Part shown: positions 23,621-36,156 of the stretch, in pieces
Position numbering within the stretch: the first letter of the stretch is position 1
Layout: each line of letters begins with the position of its first letter
Origin: Glaucostegus cemiculus
Lineage: Eukaryota
DNA: 64,000 bases
Direction of reading: 5' to 3'
Assembly (NCBI GenBank): GCA_976551045.1
Contig: CDPCPM010000169.1
Span: 3,534,001 to 3,598,000 of the forward strand
The notes under the pieces: generated by a model
Seen by the model: only the letters and a program-made list of their open reading frames with translations
The model's database searches: none
Told to the model about the DNA's origin: nothing
Translations under genes and position numbers: made by a program

Positions 23621-26184
23621 GCTCACATGATTTTACATCTATTAATATTAATGAACCAAATACATATATTTTATATGCACTCTACTTTGTAAGTACTTTG
23701 GGATGTTTATGCTACATTAAAAGTGATATATTGATGGAAATTGTGGGCCTATTTGCTGCTGGAAGATCCATTCCATGTAAATGTGGGCAATAGAGGAGTG
23801 GCTTCTGGGTTAATGAGCCTTTGATGGATTGGTGGAAACAACACTGGCTAAATTTAGCTTCATACCTTTTAAAATGAGCAGAATTTAAGAGCAGCTCAAA
23901 TACAATGGATTGGATACTTTAAACCAGCATAATGTGATAAATGTCCAAAAATATTTGATTTAGTTACCTTGCAGCTGATAGCTGTAATAACAAACAGCAG
24001 TATAACTTAGATATATTTAGGTCAATTTACAACATGTCACTCATCAACGCCAATTAATCTTTAAGTATCTTTGATGTAGAATAAAACCTCCTACGCTATT
24101 TCAGGAGGAAATAGATTAGAAATGTACACTGTCAAAGACAGGGAGATTAAGCCTGGCTATTAAGATTGTTTTCAAGAGATGTTAAAAAACAAGATGAGAC
24201 TGTGTGGTTTATTGATGGGGTTGAAGATGTTAGGTGAAAGATTAAGCATTTTTGATCAGCAGTTTGAAATAACTAAAAATAATTCTGAAATGCTCAAAAA
24301 ATGGGATTTGTTAAAAATATTAGTGAAGATTGTACATATAATTATTAACCCAATTCCTTTGAAGGCTAAATTACATCATGTACTTTGGCAGAAATGAGTA
24401 CTGAACTTGATGAACGTGGCTGGATCTACAGTGACTGCATAAACATTAATAAACTAGTTTTATGTCAGAGAGAGAGAGAGAGGGAGGATGGAAAGTTACT
24501 GATAAGTTTTATTTGACACAAACTAGATTATAAAGAAACTTTCTTATATTCTCTGTTCACCTCTACTTTGTCTAAATTGTCACACTGCTTGTCCAACAGC
24601 CAGAGCTGGATGAGCAGGGACTTTTTCAGCTGAATACGGGGAAGACATCACCCTTTGTTCTTGATCCTGGCCACAAATGTTTCCCAGTCACCAACTCCAT
24701 TCCTCTCCATAACATCTGTTGTGTGGTATTTTGCCTGAGACAGGCTACTGACCACATATTTGTGCATTCTGACCATCTATATTCCCATCCTCATTGACCT
24801 ACATTGTTTCCTGTTTAAACAAAGCCAAAATTTTAAGGTTCCAATCTTTGTTTTCTAATCAGTCCATCATCTTCCCCTTTCATATCTCCTTAAATGTCTC
24901 CTTCCAGACTCGGCTAGAATTGCAGTCAATGGCAATATTGGTTTGGTCACCTTCTTGATTTTCCAGCACATCTCTCAAAATGAGTTCTATTCCTAACTTG
25001 TAAAGACAATAGAATAGGAAGCATGAATCTGGCATATTGTGAATTTTCTGGTAATTAAATAATAGAAGAGGATCTACTATAAGTTCCACCATATCACCTT
25101 CTTACCAACCACACCACTTGCTGGATAATTCACGAATGCTATCAATAATCTGAGATATCTCTGTTCTCTTAAACATTCCTAATGCCAGTTCCTAATAAAA
25201 GGGATGCACCATTGCAATGGGCCATTTCTAACCAAAAATGTGTGCAGCTAAATATTTTCACAAGAGCTGTAACTTTTCTTGCATACTTTTTCAGTGTTTA
25301 CGTCCAGAGGCATCACGTTCCAGGGCTTGTATATGCAGGTGCCTCAGATTATTGGAATATTTGTTTGTCATTGTACAGACAGTGATAAATCTGAATGACA
25401 AATTTCTGTGCATTTACATTTACTGCATACTTTAATGCTTTAGCTTAGACTTTGTTGTTTCATCCATTTCATAATGAACACCAGCCACATAAGCAGCTTT
25501 GGAAAGTAAGGGCAATTACTTCATAAGGCCTTTTTTGTCTTGCTGCCTGGGGCTTTCAAGCTCTCCAATCCGAAGAGGGGAGAGAAACAAGACTTTAAGG
25601 GATTCAAGAATGGAGGGCAACATTTGCCTCCTGTCCTCACTGACTTTTCCAAGATATCTTAAATGCACTTTCTCTTCGATAGAAAGCACACAGAGCACTG
25701 TATGAACAAAGCCATGTTCCTTAACAATTGAGATTTTTTCTGGACTTGCAAGTTTGATTGTTTTCACAGAACTGAACCAGTTTATTTGACCAAACCGAAT
25801 AGTAAATAGGGGAAGTTGGTTAAATTAAATCTAAGCCCTGTTATTTAATTCAGGAAAATTGCAGTGGGGCCTCCAGAAGAATCCTGAATAGAGCATGCCA
25901 GTACTTGCTAACATCTGCCCAGCAGGGCAAAAGGGTAGTCTCTTGACAATAGTAGTGGAATCAATGCAAACATGGATTGAACACAGACAGTCCCATAAAT
26001 AAAACTGGAAGCTTTGCACGAGTTACACCCAAAGAAGAACAAGACACATCAATTCCTATACTATTATCTTTCAGGGAAATGATCACCTCATGACTGTCAT
26101 TTTTATCAATATAAAGCAGGTATGATACTGTTAATTTTGATATGTGATCTGCTATACCAAATTATGTCATTGCAGTTACTTGAA

Positions 26185-27125
26185 GTCTGAAATAATAAAA
26201 GAAAATGCTGCCAAAATCTGGAGAGAAAAGCTAAATTAATGTTTCAGGTCAATAACCTTTCATGGGAACTAAGCAGTCAGAAAACAAGCATGGTTTAAGT
26301 TTTGCAGAAGTGGGGTATGTCTTATGTTGCCTTTTAGAGTGGGAGGGGCAGTAGAAGAGAGAAAAGACTATGCTGTGACATGGTGGAGAATAAAATAGAC
26401 TGTGTTACAAATGATATTGGTGCCGGCTGGTGGCAGATGAAGGCTTAGTAATTGCAGATGATTTGTTTGGAGGAAGTCCAAATAAAAGGAAACAAATGGG
26501 GGTGAAAGAAACAGAAAATAAACAACACTGGAAGTGTGAGATACAGAACACTGCACTTGCTGGAAATAAAGGAGAATACTGGAAATACCCAATAGGTCAG
26601 GCAGTAACTGAGGACAGTGAAAAACCAAGTTGACATTACAGGCTGATGAACTTTCGTCTGAACTGCCCTGTTCTGACAAAAACTGAAAATGCTAGTTATC
26701 TGAAATTAGTAAGTTCAATGTTGAATCCTGAGGGCTGCAACATGTCTACACTGAAGGTAAAGGTGCTGTGCCTCAATCCTACCTTGGACTTCAATGGAAT
26801 GGTGTAAGAGATGAAAAACAGATGAATCAGAGTGGGAGTGAGAGTGGAATGGAAAATTAAAACAAAAAGCCACTGGAAGCTCGGTGTCACACTTGCAGAC
26901 CAAATGGACGTGTTCCACAAAGTGGTCACCCAACCTGCATTCTGTTTTTCCCAAGTAAAGGAGATCACATTATCAGCATCGTATGCATTATACAAAACTG
27001 GAAGAAGTATAAGTGAATCGCTGTTTCACCTGGAAGGACTGTTTGGGTCTCTTCTTGGTAAAAGGGCAACTTTTTTATCCCATGCTTGGGAAAGTATCAC
27101 ATGATGGGGAGTGGGTGTTGGCAGA
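26185..27125 (-). mobile_element. Penelope-like element 3' part (GIY-YIG C-terminus plus two terminal-repeat copies)
   Basis: GKTECRLGDHFVEHVHLVCKCDTELPVAFCFN...EAQHL and LQPSGFNIELTNFR*. Terminal-repeat-like copies lie near 26190-26270 and 26545-26670. Confidence 0.8.
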
Positions 27126-27559
27126 GATGACCTTTGTTTCTCTTCCTCCCCTCACTCACACTTCGATTTATCTTAAGCAGAGTCCTGCTTAGGTTGCACA
27201 AACTGAAGGCCAGCAAATCACTTTGAAATTGTTTGCTCAATCTCCTGAGAGGTGTGCAGTATCTCCCTATGATTCTTCCTTACAAGGGCATCATATAACC
27301 TCCCACTATAGTCTCTTAAGCAACACGGCTAACCCTGACTATGCCTTCAACTGACTGACCCATCGTGAAGTTAACAAGGAAATCTGTGTGGCTGAAGAGA
27401 TTTTTTTTCACCCTTAAACTAAGACTGGTCTTCAACCCTTCACCAAACACTTGGAAGAAATTCATTGAAAAAGCTAGAAGTTCAGGAAGTGGGATGAAAA
27501 ACATGGGATTAAAATACTTTATGGAAAACAAATACTAAATCAGGAGTTATAGTACTTAC

Positions 27560-27691
27560 CTCATCTGCATCTGTGGCTGACAGCTGTAATATTCTAAATC
27601 CATCCCCAATGTTTTCTTCAATGATGAGATCCAGTGCATCACTTGGAAACAGAGGGGGGTTGTCATTGATATCCTGCAAAGTTATTTCCAC
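27560..27691 (-). CDS. FAT4: FAT4 coding exon (132 nt, phase 0-0), cadherin repeat: VEITLQDINDNPPLFPSDALDLIIEENIGDGFRILQLSATDADE
   Basis: Acceptor TTTGTTTTTCAG|GTG and donor GAG|GTAAGT on the minus strand. DINDNPP and DADE calcium-binding motifs are present. The peptide closely resembles my recollection of vertebrate FAT4 just after its giant 5' exon (VEITLQDINDNPP...EENIGDG...DADE). Confidence 0.95.
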
Positions 27692-28069
27692 CTGAAAAAC
27701 AAAATGAACCCATTTAACACATTGTTGGAGGAGATGATGGCATATTAACATCTATTCAATACTGCACCACTCTCAAACCATGTCATTTCTACATCCAGAT
27801 CAGACAAGTAAGTTCATCTGTGGACCACAGTTTAATGGAGTATATTGTTACTAAAAATAAGAAATAGAAATTTATAAAAAAACATTAGTAATGATGGAGA
27901 ATGGAATATCAAAAACCAAGATATTGTTTGAAATGCATTTGATTTAAAAAACTTTCAAATCCAAGATAGGATGGGTATGTTACAACAGATAATTAATAGA
28001 AATTAATAGGTAACCTGACAGTTGTGAAATAAGCCGTCACACTGAATACTGCCTGATTCTTGAGGGTTC

Positions 28070-28250
28070 CACACAGAAAGTGCTGGAGGAACTCAGCAGG
28101 TCAGGCAGTGTCCAAGGAGGGAAATAAACAGTCAATGTGTCAGGTTGAGACCCTTCATCAAGACTAGAAAGGAAGAGGGTAGAAGCCAGAATAAGGAGGT
28201 GGGGAGAGGGGAGGAGCACACGCAGGCAGGGGATAGGTGAGTTCAGGTGA
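28070..28250 (-). mobile_element. PLE terminal-repeat fragment with degenerate hammerhead motif
   Basis: Minus strand 28166-28129 reads TAGTC-TTGATGA-AGGGTCTCAACCT-GACAC-ATT-GACTG, followed by the conserved CTGCCTGACCTGCTGAGTTCCTCCAGCA segment. Confidence 0.8.
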
Positions 28251-31205
28251 TAGGCAAGACCAGATGAGAGACCCTTCAGATCGACAAGACACTCTGACAG
28301 TTGAAGAGCCTGAGGTCCTTTACTGGAAGAGGCGGTGTTAACAGAAATTTCTGAGTAGGTGGGGAAGTTGAAGCGGAGAGGCTAAACTGATTGTGCAAAT
28401 GAACTATTTGAGACTACAATTTTTGCACAAGGAAGTGATGATGGAAGGACTAGGAGTTAAACAGCAAAGATTTACCTGGAAGAAGACCATGAAGTGCAGA
28501 GAGGAGGGAGTGGTCTGACATCATCAGCAGACAGCTTCCCAACTTCCCAACCAAAAGGCTGTGAGTTGGCAACAAGTTGCTGCTGACTGCTGGCATTGTG
28601 CAGCTCAGGAACAGTTGTTGGAGAACTGCACGTGGTTCTCAGTGTAAGTAAGCCCCTCGGAGAGAAATCTTGGTCAGAATGGGAAATGCAAAATTTGCTT
28701 GTGTGGAGGCTTAGAGGAGTACTCAAGGTTTTCCTGGCCCTTCAGCAAATCTAAACAAAAATGTAAAGTCTCACTGTGCTGGGTTTCTTCCATTGCCCAT
28801 AGGTTTGGTTTGACAGCACTGCCAACATTCTTTGCCTCCTCATTAAGATCACCAAATGCAGCACGATTAAGGTCAGTGCCCAGTCCTTTAAGGGGAATTT
28901 TGCCCACCTTTACCAGGTGCTCTGTCATTGCCGACAATGTAAAATTGAAGTAAATGAGATTTGGGCAACACAATTTGGCTATGAAATGGTGGAATGGGAG
29001 AGAAATTCCATCTATGCCCTCACTGCTATGTAAATGGGTGCTTTTTTATAACTCCAGTGGGTATAGTATCCAGCAAGGGTGAGTCCTTGTCATAATACAC
29101 TAACTTGATTTACACCAGCATTCCACAGCATAGCATCACTAGAGCATCCAGATTGGTGGAGGTGGATGGATACTACTTTTGGTGCTCATTTTTGTATTTG
29201 GAATAATAAAGTGGTGTGGTTGGCTTCCTCTTTCAGGCCTATAATGGGGCCAGTCAGTAGAGCTCTGGATTAATCCATGAATGAACTTTGAGCTGTCAGG
29301 CCAACTGTTGCAATTTTACTTTCAGCGCAGCAGGCAAGCTGGGTTAAGTATGGCATGAAGCAGATGGAATATTTAGCTCCTTCACAGTATCCTGGATATG
29401 ACCTTTGACTCCACAGCTTAGACAAAAGTCTGTTCCCTGCAACTACACATTTTTCTCCCAGGTGACCTTCATGTTTAAACGGCAGAAGGGAGATGAAATT
29501 GTGCTCTGTGGGATCCTAAGAATGGATTTTTACGACAGCTGTGTGGACTGATTGGACTACTCATGTTCTGAATTTCTTAGCGTATTATAATCTGCGAAAG
29601 CTTGTTAGATTAGTGCTGAATTTGAGGACAATTGAGAGATGTGATCTCACACCTATTGGAAGCTGGACTCAGCCTGCTCTGGCTCATTTCACATCCAGTT
29701 GTAATCCCAACAGCTGTCAGAAAACAGAGAGTCATTTCACTTTTTATCCAAAACACTGAAGGGAAACATTCAATATATTGTGTCATCCAATCACCCAGAA
29801 GTTACATTGCTGTAAAATGCCAATTGCTACTGGGTGGATCATAAGCTGTAAAGCAGCATTAAAAATGCAGGAAGACTAAATGTTAATTTGAAACCAAATG
29901 TTGCATTGATTAAATTTAATGTACTGTGCCCAGTTTTAACTTGAACTTAAACTAATGATCTAATATCAAAGTAACTCCAAGATTCCAGCTTCTAATAGAG
30001 TGCTTCAAAAAATATTGTAAAGCCTTTCACTCTGAAATTTCACATACCTAAATACACTGACATGGGATTACCTCGGAATTTGCCAGTTAATATCCTTCTA
30101 CTATTTACTCAAATTGCTGGGTCCTTTTGAAGTTCTTTACTGTTTGGATGTCTTTAGTGTTCTACAAAAATGGTTTTAATAAATTCCCATACACTGCCAA
30201 ACCCAATCTTAGAATCTAAACAGCCATTTTTTTCTGACGCCTTTTTATTTACAGACATTGGAAGATAAATGGACACAGCAAAGCCAAAACCTAAACAAAG
30301 ATGATTGGCATTAACTAGTTTTTCTACTTTCATATATCACAGCAGATCTGTCAAGCTCATGGAAACCTAGTCTTCAATGAGCTCCTCTAGTTCTTCAAAA
30401 CAAAGCAAATTCCATTCTTCATGATTATCACAGAGACAGCAGCTGTCTTCTTTCCATCTTGACAATACTTTGACACAAAGCTTTTCCCATGAGGTTAAGA
30501 AATGTTCCAACATCAAAGACCACCAAGCAGGAATAAAATGCACTTTTATAACCAAGCATAAGACGAGCATTCATCTAACTGCTAATAAAATTGAGATCAG
30601 AAGTTTGCCAGATTGATTTAGTTATGCTATTTCTAAATATTCCACTTAATGTATTATAAATCCTACGTGTTTTACAACTTAAGTTTTCCCAGCCAAGTCA
30701 AATTTAAATCGGTTCAGCCCAAAAGCCAAACAAACAGTGAGCTTGGAAACATAGGAGAGCTGATTGCTGCATTTTTAATATGAAGTGAACCTGGTAAATA
30801 TTTATAAATTTTGAAAGGTTACACAACTGGGAAAGTTGTTCGACTATGGTTAAACTGAACAAACTTTGTCTTCTTTTGACAAAACATCAGACATTATGGC
30901 GATGAAAAGATGATGAACCAGCCAGCCAATTGTCAAATCATTCCTTTTGGATGTTTGGATTAGTGAGAAATTGCAGATATCACTCACTGTTTGATCCAAT
31001 GCTTTAGGAAATGCCTTAATGTCTTACCACTGGGTAGCTCCCTTTGGCATATGGCTAGTTCAGTTTTCATGAATCCATATAATAGAAACCAAATGGATGG
31101 GTGACACAACAGCATAGATTATAAGTTGCCCTTGCTATGATTTGATTAAGTTTTGACCACACCTTTGATGAATTGTACTACAAATAAGGTCAAAGACAAT
31201 ATCAT

Positions 31206-31388
31206 AGCAAGTTTGCAGACGACACAAAGGTCGGTGGTGTTGTGGATGGTGTGGAGGACTGTCGAAGCTTGCAGAGGGATATTGATAGGATGCAGAGCTG
31301 GGCTGAGAAGTGGCAGATGGAGGGCAGTCCGGAGAAGTGTGAGGTGGTACACTTTGGAAGGACGAACTCCAAGGCAGAGTACAAGGTT
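31206..31388 (+). mobile_element. Isolated, well-preserved internal CR1 RT fragment
   Basis: Stop-free translation SKFADDTKVGGVVDGVEDCRSLQRDIDRMQSWAEKWQMEGSPEKCEVVHFGRTNSKAEYKV; no LINE tail adjacent. Confidence 0.85.
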
Positions 31389-31551
31389 CATTAATGCAGT
31401 ACTCTTTCATACCTTCCATAAATACCATAGTATCTTAAATACAACAAAGTACTTTGATATACAATGTTTGTTACATGGATAAAAAAGTATATATTTTGCA
31501 AGTGGAGGATCTCACAGGACCAATGAGATGAATGACAAATTACTCATCAAT

Positions 31552-31634
31552 TGAGACTACTTGATAGAGTTTCACAGCACGTCTCTAACAATCTATTTTA
31601 GAGACGTGCTGAGAAGCTCTATCAAGTAGTGTCA
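31552..31634. repeat. 83-nt inverted repeat (37-nt arms, 9-nt loop)
   Basis: tgagactacttgatagagtttcacagcacgtctctaa / caatctatt / ttagagacgtgctgagaagctctatcaagtagtgtca; 34 of 37 positions are Watson-Crick complementary. Confidence 0.9.
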
Positions 31635-31751
31635 CGTTTTACTACTATATGATGGAACTTTACCTGATAAGATAGGATTGGGTGTAATCTACACTAGTGC
31701 ACCTGGACTTTCAACTCTGATCAAGACTGTATTATATGCATAACTTTGAAC

Positions 31752-31983
31752 AACACACAAAATAATTGAGGAACACTGCAGGTCAGTTAGCAACTATGGA
31801 GGAAAATGGACAGTTGACATTTCAGGTCGAGACTCTTCATCTGGACTGCAGTCTACGTGGAGGGTCTCAAGGTGAAATGTCAACTATCCATTTCCTTCCA
31901 CAGATACTGCCTGACCCGCTGAGTTCCTCTAGCATTTTTGTGTGTTGCTCTGGATTCCAGCACTTGCAGTCTCTTGTGTCTCC
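31752..31983. mobile_element. Palindromic PLE-terminus element (two hammerhead-like units head to head)
   Basis: Symmetry centre GACTG|CAGTC at 31848/31849. The left arm begins aacacacaaaa and the right arm contains tttttgtgtgtt. Confidence 0.8.
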
Positions 31984-33627
31984 AATTGTGTCTCCATAGG
32001 AAATGTCTTATCACTGGGTAACTCCCTCAGGCATATGGATAGTTCAAGTTTCATGGATCTATATAATGTCTCCATTTTGCTACTCCAATGCACTAGTCTG
32101 AGCCTGCCAATCTTAAGTAGTAATGGCTAAAGATACATGATTTAGCTCTACTTGCACAAAACTGTATCCTGCAAACACTGCTGGTCTTGGACACTAAAAC
32201 AGACAATAAACCTGAGTGCAGTTGCCTGCTTCAGAATTAGCAAAAAGGTCCAAGAATCCCAGACCATTAGCAGAGAGTCCAAAATTTTCATCTGTCATTA
32301 ACCAGAGCCCACAGTGAACTGCCATCCAATTCCTGCCCCTCCTGTCTACTTTTCTGATCACCACATGCACACCCAAACCATAGACACATCCTGGAAGATT
32401 CTTCTTTAATTATTACTGATTGTCCTCCAGCTCCAGCCCTGATGATATGCCCAGGCTCCCACCTGATCATCTCCCTGAATCAATCCTGATCATCTCCTAA
32501 CCCAGGGCACAGAGGTAAGTGACAATCCCTGACTTGCTTCTCCAATGCCATCAGCGCCTAACTTAATCCTGACCATTTCCATCCACTACATCATATCCCT
32601 TTCTCAGTATTGCCTTCTCCTCCAATTGCCCACACGTGTGATTTTCTCCCTACCACCATCCTCTGGTCAATTTATACCACCTAAACCCACATACACACTT
32701 CCTCCAGGATTTTCATTATCATCAAAAGTAGGGGGTTAGAAAGGCTTGAGTTTTTGTGTATGTTAGTCTTGTCCTACCTTGCAGGATGTCTTGGGACTCT
32801 GCAATAGTTTTTTATTGCCACTGGCCTCACCTGATATTCACAGGCTCATCACACAGGGACATTTTAACACAATCTTTTAGCGCATTACAGTTTACCGGTC
32901 TTTATGGTTTCCTTTAAATGCTTCTTTTGTGCTCAACTATGTAAATGTTGCTCAGAATCATTTCCCATTTTAGTATTAATATGTACAAGTGCAAATCAGG
33001 CATGGCATAAACAGGTGCAAAAATAAAGTGGGCAATTTTATCACGCAAATATCCCAGTTCTAGCTGGTTGGGGTATAATTTTTGCTGTGGTAGCATTGTT
33101 TAAGATAAAAAAGTGGATACACATGCTTGAGGCACTGATCAATTATAGTCAAACAGGCTTGTTTCTATGTAACAAAGATGACATGTATTTTGCTACCATA
33201 TATAAAAAAAACATTGTAGTGGGGTCTAAATATTTCAAGCTTATATTCCTAGCACTTCACTAAATCATATTTTCTCATATGTTCTCAGCTGGACTTGGAG
33301 GTGGGAAGAATGTAAGAGACTCCATCAAGTTAAGTTAATTAGACCAATCAAATGCCTTTCTGGTAGTTTTTTTTAGATCCCAGAAAATCAAGCCTGCATA
33401 CAGCCCAAAGCCTATTAGGCAGTAATCAACAAAATAATATTTTAAAAATGTTAACATACAGCATTCAAAGAATGTAAGCTATCGTTGACCTTTGCTAACT
33501 CCCATCCATCTCCTACCCCTCCCATCCACTTTTCTGATCAGTCGAGCTATCTTCCCCAAACCATAGACATGTCCTGCTCAAATCAGTTTTCTTGCTGTTC
33601 AACTACCACTGCAATTCCTTTTAATCA

Positions 33628-33905
33628 TTTATTGGTAATGGTATTGGTTTATTATTGTCACATGTACCAAGATACAGGAAAAGTTTTTGTTTTGCATGCC
33701 ATCCAGGTGGATCATGCCATACATTGAGGTAGAATAAAGAAAAAAAATGCAGAATATAGTGTTACAGTTACAGAGAAAGTGCAATTCAGGTAGACAAATA
33801 AGTGCAAGAGCCATAACGAGGTACACTGGGAGACTGAAAGTTTAAGAGTTCATCTTTTAGCAAATGAGAAGTCCGTTTAAGGGTCTGATAACAATGGGAT
33901 AGAAG
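33628..33905 (-). mobile_element. Rex1/Babar-type LINE 3' end
   Basis: Minus-strand FYPIVIRPLNG (compare SFFPQAIR in the 9911-10640 copy). The 3' UTR ends GTACATGTGACAATAATAAA followed by short CCAATA/CCATTA repeats. Confidence 0.65.
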
Positions 33906-34053
33906 GATTATTGTTTCACTGAAGCCACTCAATCTTCCATTGTGAGTTGACAGCTCTGGACTGTAGTTTGGCAGTTCAATGTTTAGGCCTGAAACTTAAT
34001 GTCAGCAGTTATGCACTAAATCATGTCCAACCCCACGCTCTTCCCATACGTTG

Positions 34054-34175
34054 TGCTGAAGGGCCCCTGGGTCTGAAACCCTAACTCTGGTTTTCTCTAC
34101 AATGAGGCTGCCTTACCTATTGAGTATTTCTGGCACTTCTCATTTTTGTTTCATTTTTCCAGCATCTGAAGTTTT
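34054..34175 (+). mobile_element. Old PLE terminal-repeat fragment
   Basis: tgctgaagggcccctgggtctgaaacc...gctgccttacctattgagtatttctggca...ttccagcatctg; a diverged version of the family motif. Confidence 0.55.
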
Positions 34176-34527
34176 TGGTTCAATGCTTCACCAAATCCCT
34201 TCACAATATAAATTCACGGTCTATTTGATCAAAACAATACAGAGCCTACAGCCAAAATTGAATGGCAACAGCCAAGATGTCGGAAAACCACCATCATTTA
34301 CAAATATTATTTCCAAAAATAAACAATACAGTCATTGTGAAGAAATGCTTCTATGAAAATTGCATTTAACAGGCGACAAGTAGTCAGGGAAAACATGGTT
34401 GTTGACATCATGGATAGTTAGAAATTCATGCTGACAAACCACTATTTCTGTGAACAGATGTAAAATTTCTTAGACTTTTTCTTTTTATACATTCCATTAC
34501 ATAATGGAAGGGAAAGGATTGTTTTCT

Positions 34528-34950
34528 GAAGACAGAGGAAACTGCAGATGCTGGAATCTGGTGCAAAAAGTAAACTGCTGGAGTGTTTTCAGGCAGCACG
34601 ATAGCGTAGCGGTTAGCGTGACGCTGTAACAGCGCCAGCGATCGGGGTTCAATTCCCGTCGCTGTCTGTAAGGAGTTTGTACGTTCTCCCGTGTCTGCGT
34701 GGGTTTCCTCTGGGTGCTCCGGTTTCTTCCCACATTCTGAAAGACGTATGGGTAGATTAATTTGGGGGTTAAAAATGGGCGGCGTGGACTCAAAGGGCCA
34801 AAAGGGCCTGTTACCACGTTGTAAATAAAATTTTAAAAAATTTTAAAAAAACTCAGTGGTTTGAACAGCATCTGTGTTGGGGCGGGGCGTTGGGGGGGGG
34901 GGGGGGGAAGGAAATGTCGACATTTCAGGTCGAGACCCTGCACCAGGATT
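34528..34950 (-). mobile_element. PLE terminal-repeat element split by a young SINE
   Basis: ctgcagatgctggaatctg...ctgctggag | SINE | aactcagtgg...gtcgacatttcaggtcgagaccctgcaccagg; contains a G16 run at 34892-34907. Confidence 0.75.
34591..34848 (+). mobile_element. Young full-length V-SINE (HE1-like) with CR1-type tail
   Basis: A-box-like TAGCGTAGCGG, B-box-like GGTTCAATTCC, V-domain and tail GGGCCAAAAGGGCCTGTTACC. CpGs are retained. Confidence 0.9.
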
Positions 34951-36156
34951 GTTTTCTGGTTGTCCTTTGTGCTGTTGCATTTTTCACTGTTTTACAGACT
35001 CTTACTTTCAAAAAGCATGGAAACACATTCTTACGCCAACCAGTCACCACAAGACCTAAAATGCTGAAAATAGGAAAAAAAACTCAAAATCTGATTTAGT
35101 AAATTCTATGATTGCTTAGGTTCCCATTGTGAATGCAAACTAATACTTTACTGTGAAGGATTGCATGATGTACAGCCACATAAATAATACCATATTAGAG
35201 CCTATTATTTTAATAATGTCTATCCACAGAGATTGATAACATTTGCTGGCTTACTATAATGATTTCTTCATATGTCACAAACATTGCATCACAGTTTGTT
35301 CTCATATATAGTTTCACCATTTGATATTGCATCATTTTTCTTATTGGATAAATTCATATCATATTTGGTCAAAAGTTCTACGACATGGATTGGTGTACTG
35401 TCTTTCCCAATTCATTATAGCCAATGAAATACTTCTGAAGAGTACTTACTGTTGTAATATAGAAATTAAAACATACTGTGATTAAATTTTAATCACCTTA
35501 CTGCTATCTTGATGACTGGTTCAGTGAAAGTTGACATTACAAACAAATGGGTGATGAATGCTCAACTCAGATGGAAAGGGACAATGGCTTTTCAGTATTT
35601 GGTTCTGTCAATAAAAACATACTCCCATGCTGTGCCACAGTAGGACACATAACAATTATATTTTATTAGCAATAGATCTGCAAACCAAGCACCATTTTTT
35701 GTGCAATGTGCTATACCTTTGACCTTAAATGTTGTTTTGTTTTCATGCTCCATTCCCTTTCACCATTCCATCTCTGGGTGGCATTTTAATGTTTGCTACA
35801 TTCTTCTATCCCCAAACCACTCATCAAGAAATGCCATATTTCCTGCATTTGTCCATCATTTTAACAGTTGCTGTTGCTCACTATTTTCAGATATACCACA
35901 CATTAAGTGTGGCTCTCTCATTATCACAAAAAATCCTTCTGCAGAATATGATTCTTGTTGTACCATTTTTTTAATACTGCATACAAGCAAAATGTACTGT
36001 ATGGTATAATCTCATTATACCTTCCTGTGCATACAGTGATAGGGAACATATTGTAGAATAACCACCTCAGTAAAATTACAGACCTAGACATTCTGTAGGG
36101 GTTCTGTAAATTGCCAGTAAAACCATCATGCCACTGGGATTGTGCCAATGTCCTTA

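Noticed and set aside
17104-27751. Track ORF boundaries (17104-17499, 20907-21170, 27509-27751) as the true CDS limits
   Set aside because: They run into intron sequence or start inside the exon. Splice signals and reading frame define the exon limits reported.
28340-29500. Possible decayed Harbinger/Myb-SANT-type DNA transposon (similar impression at about 52150-53200 and 61430-61830)
   Set aside because: Composition is suggestive, but no clear terminal inverted repeats or catalytic motifs could be read.
34591-34665. tRNA gene
   Set aside because: The A/B-box head runs straight into a SINE V-domain and recurs in many copies; it is a tRNA-derived SINE head.
34879-34907. G-quadruplex-forming G16 tract as a regulatory element
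   Set aside because: It is a homopolymer expansion inside a repeat, prone to sequencing error, with no evidence of function.
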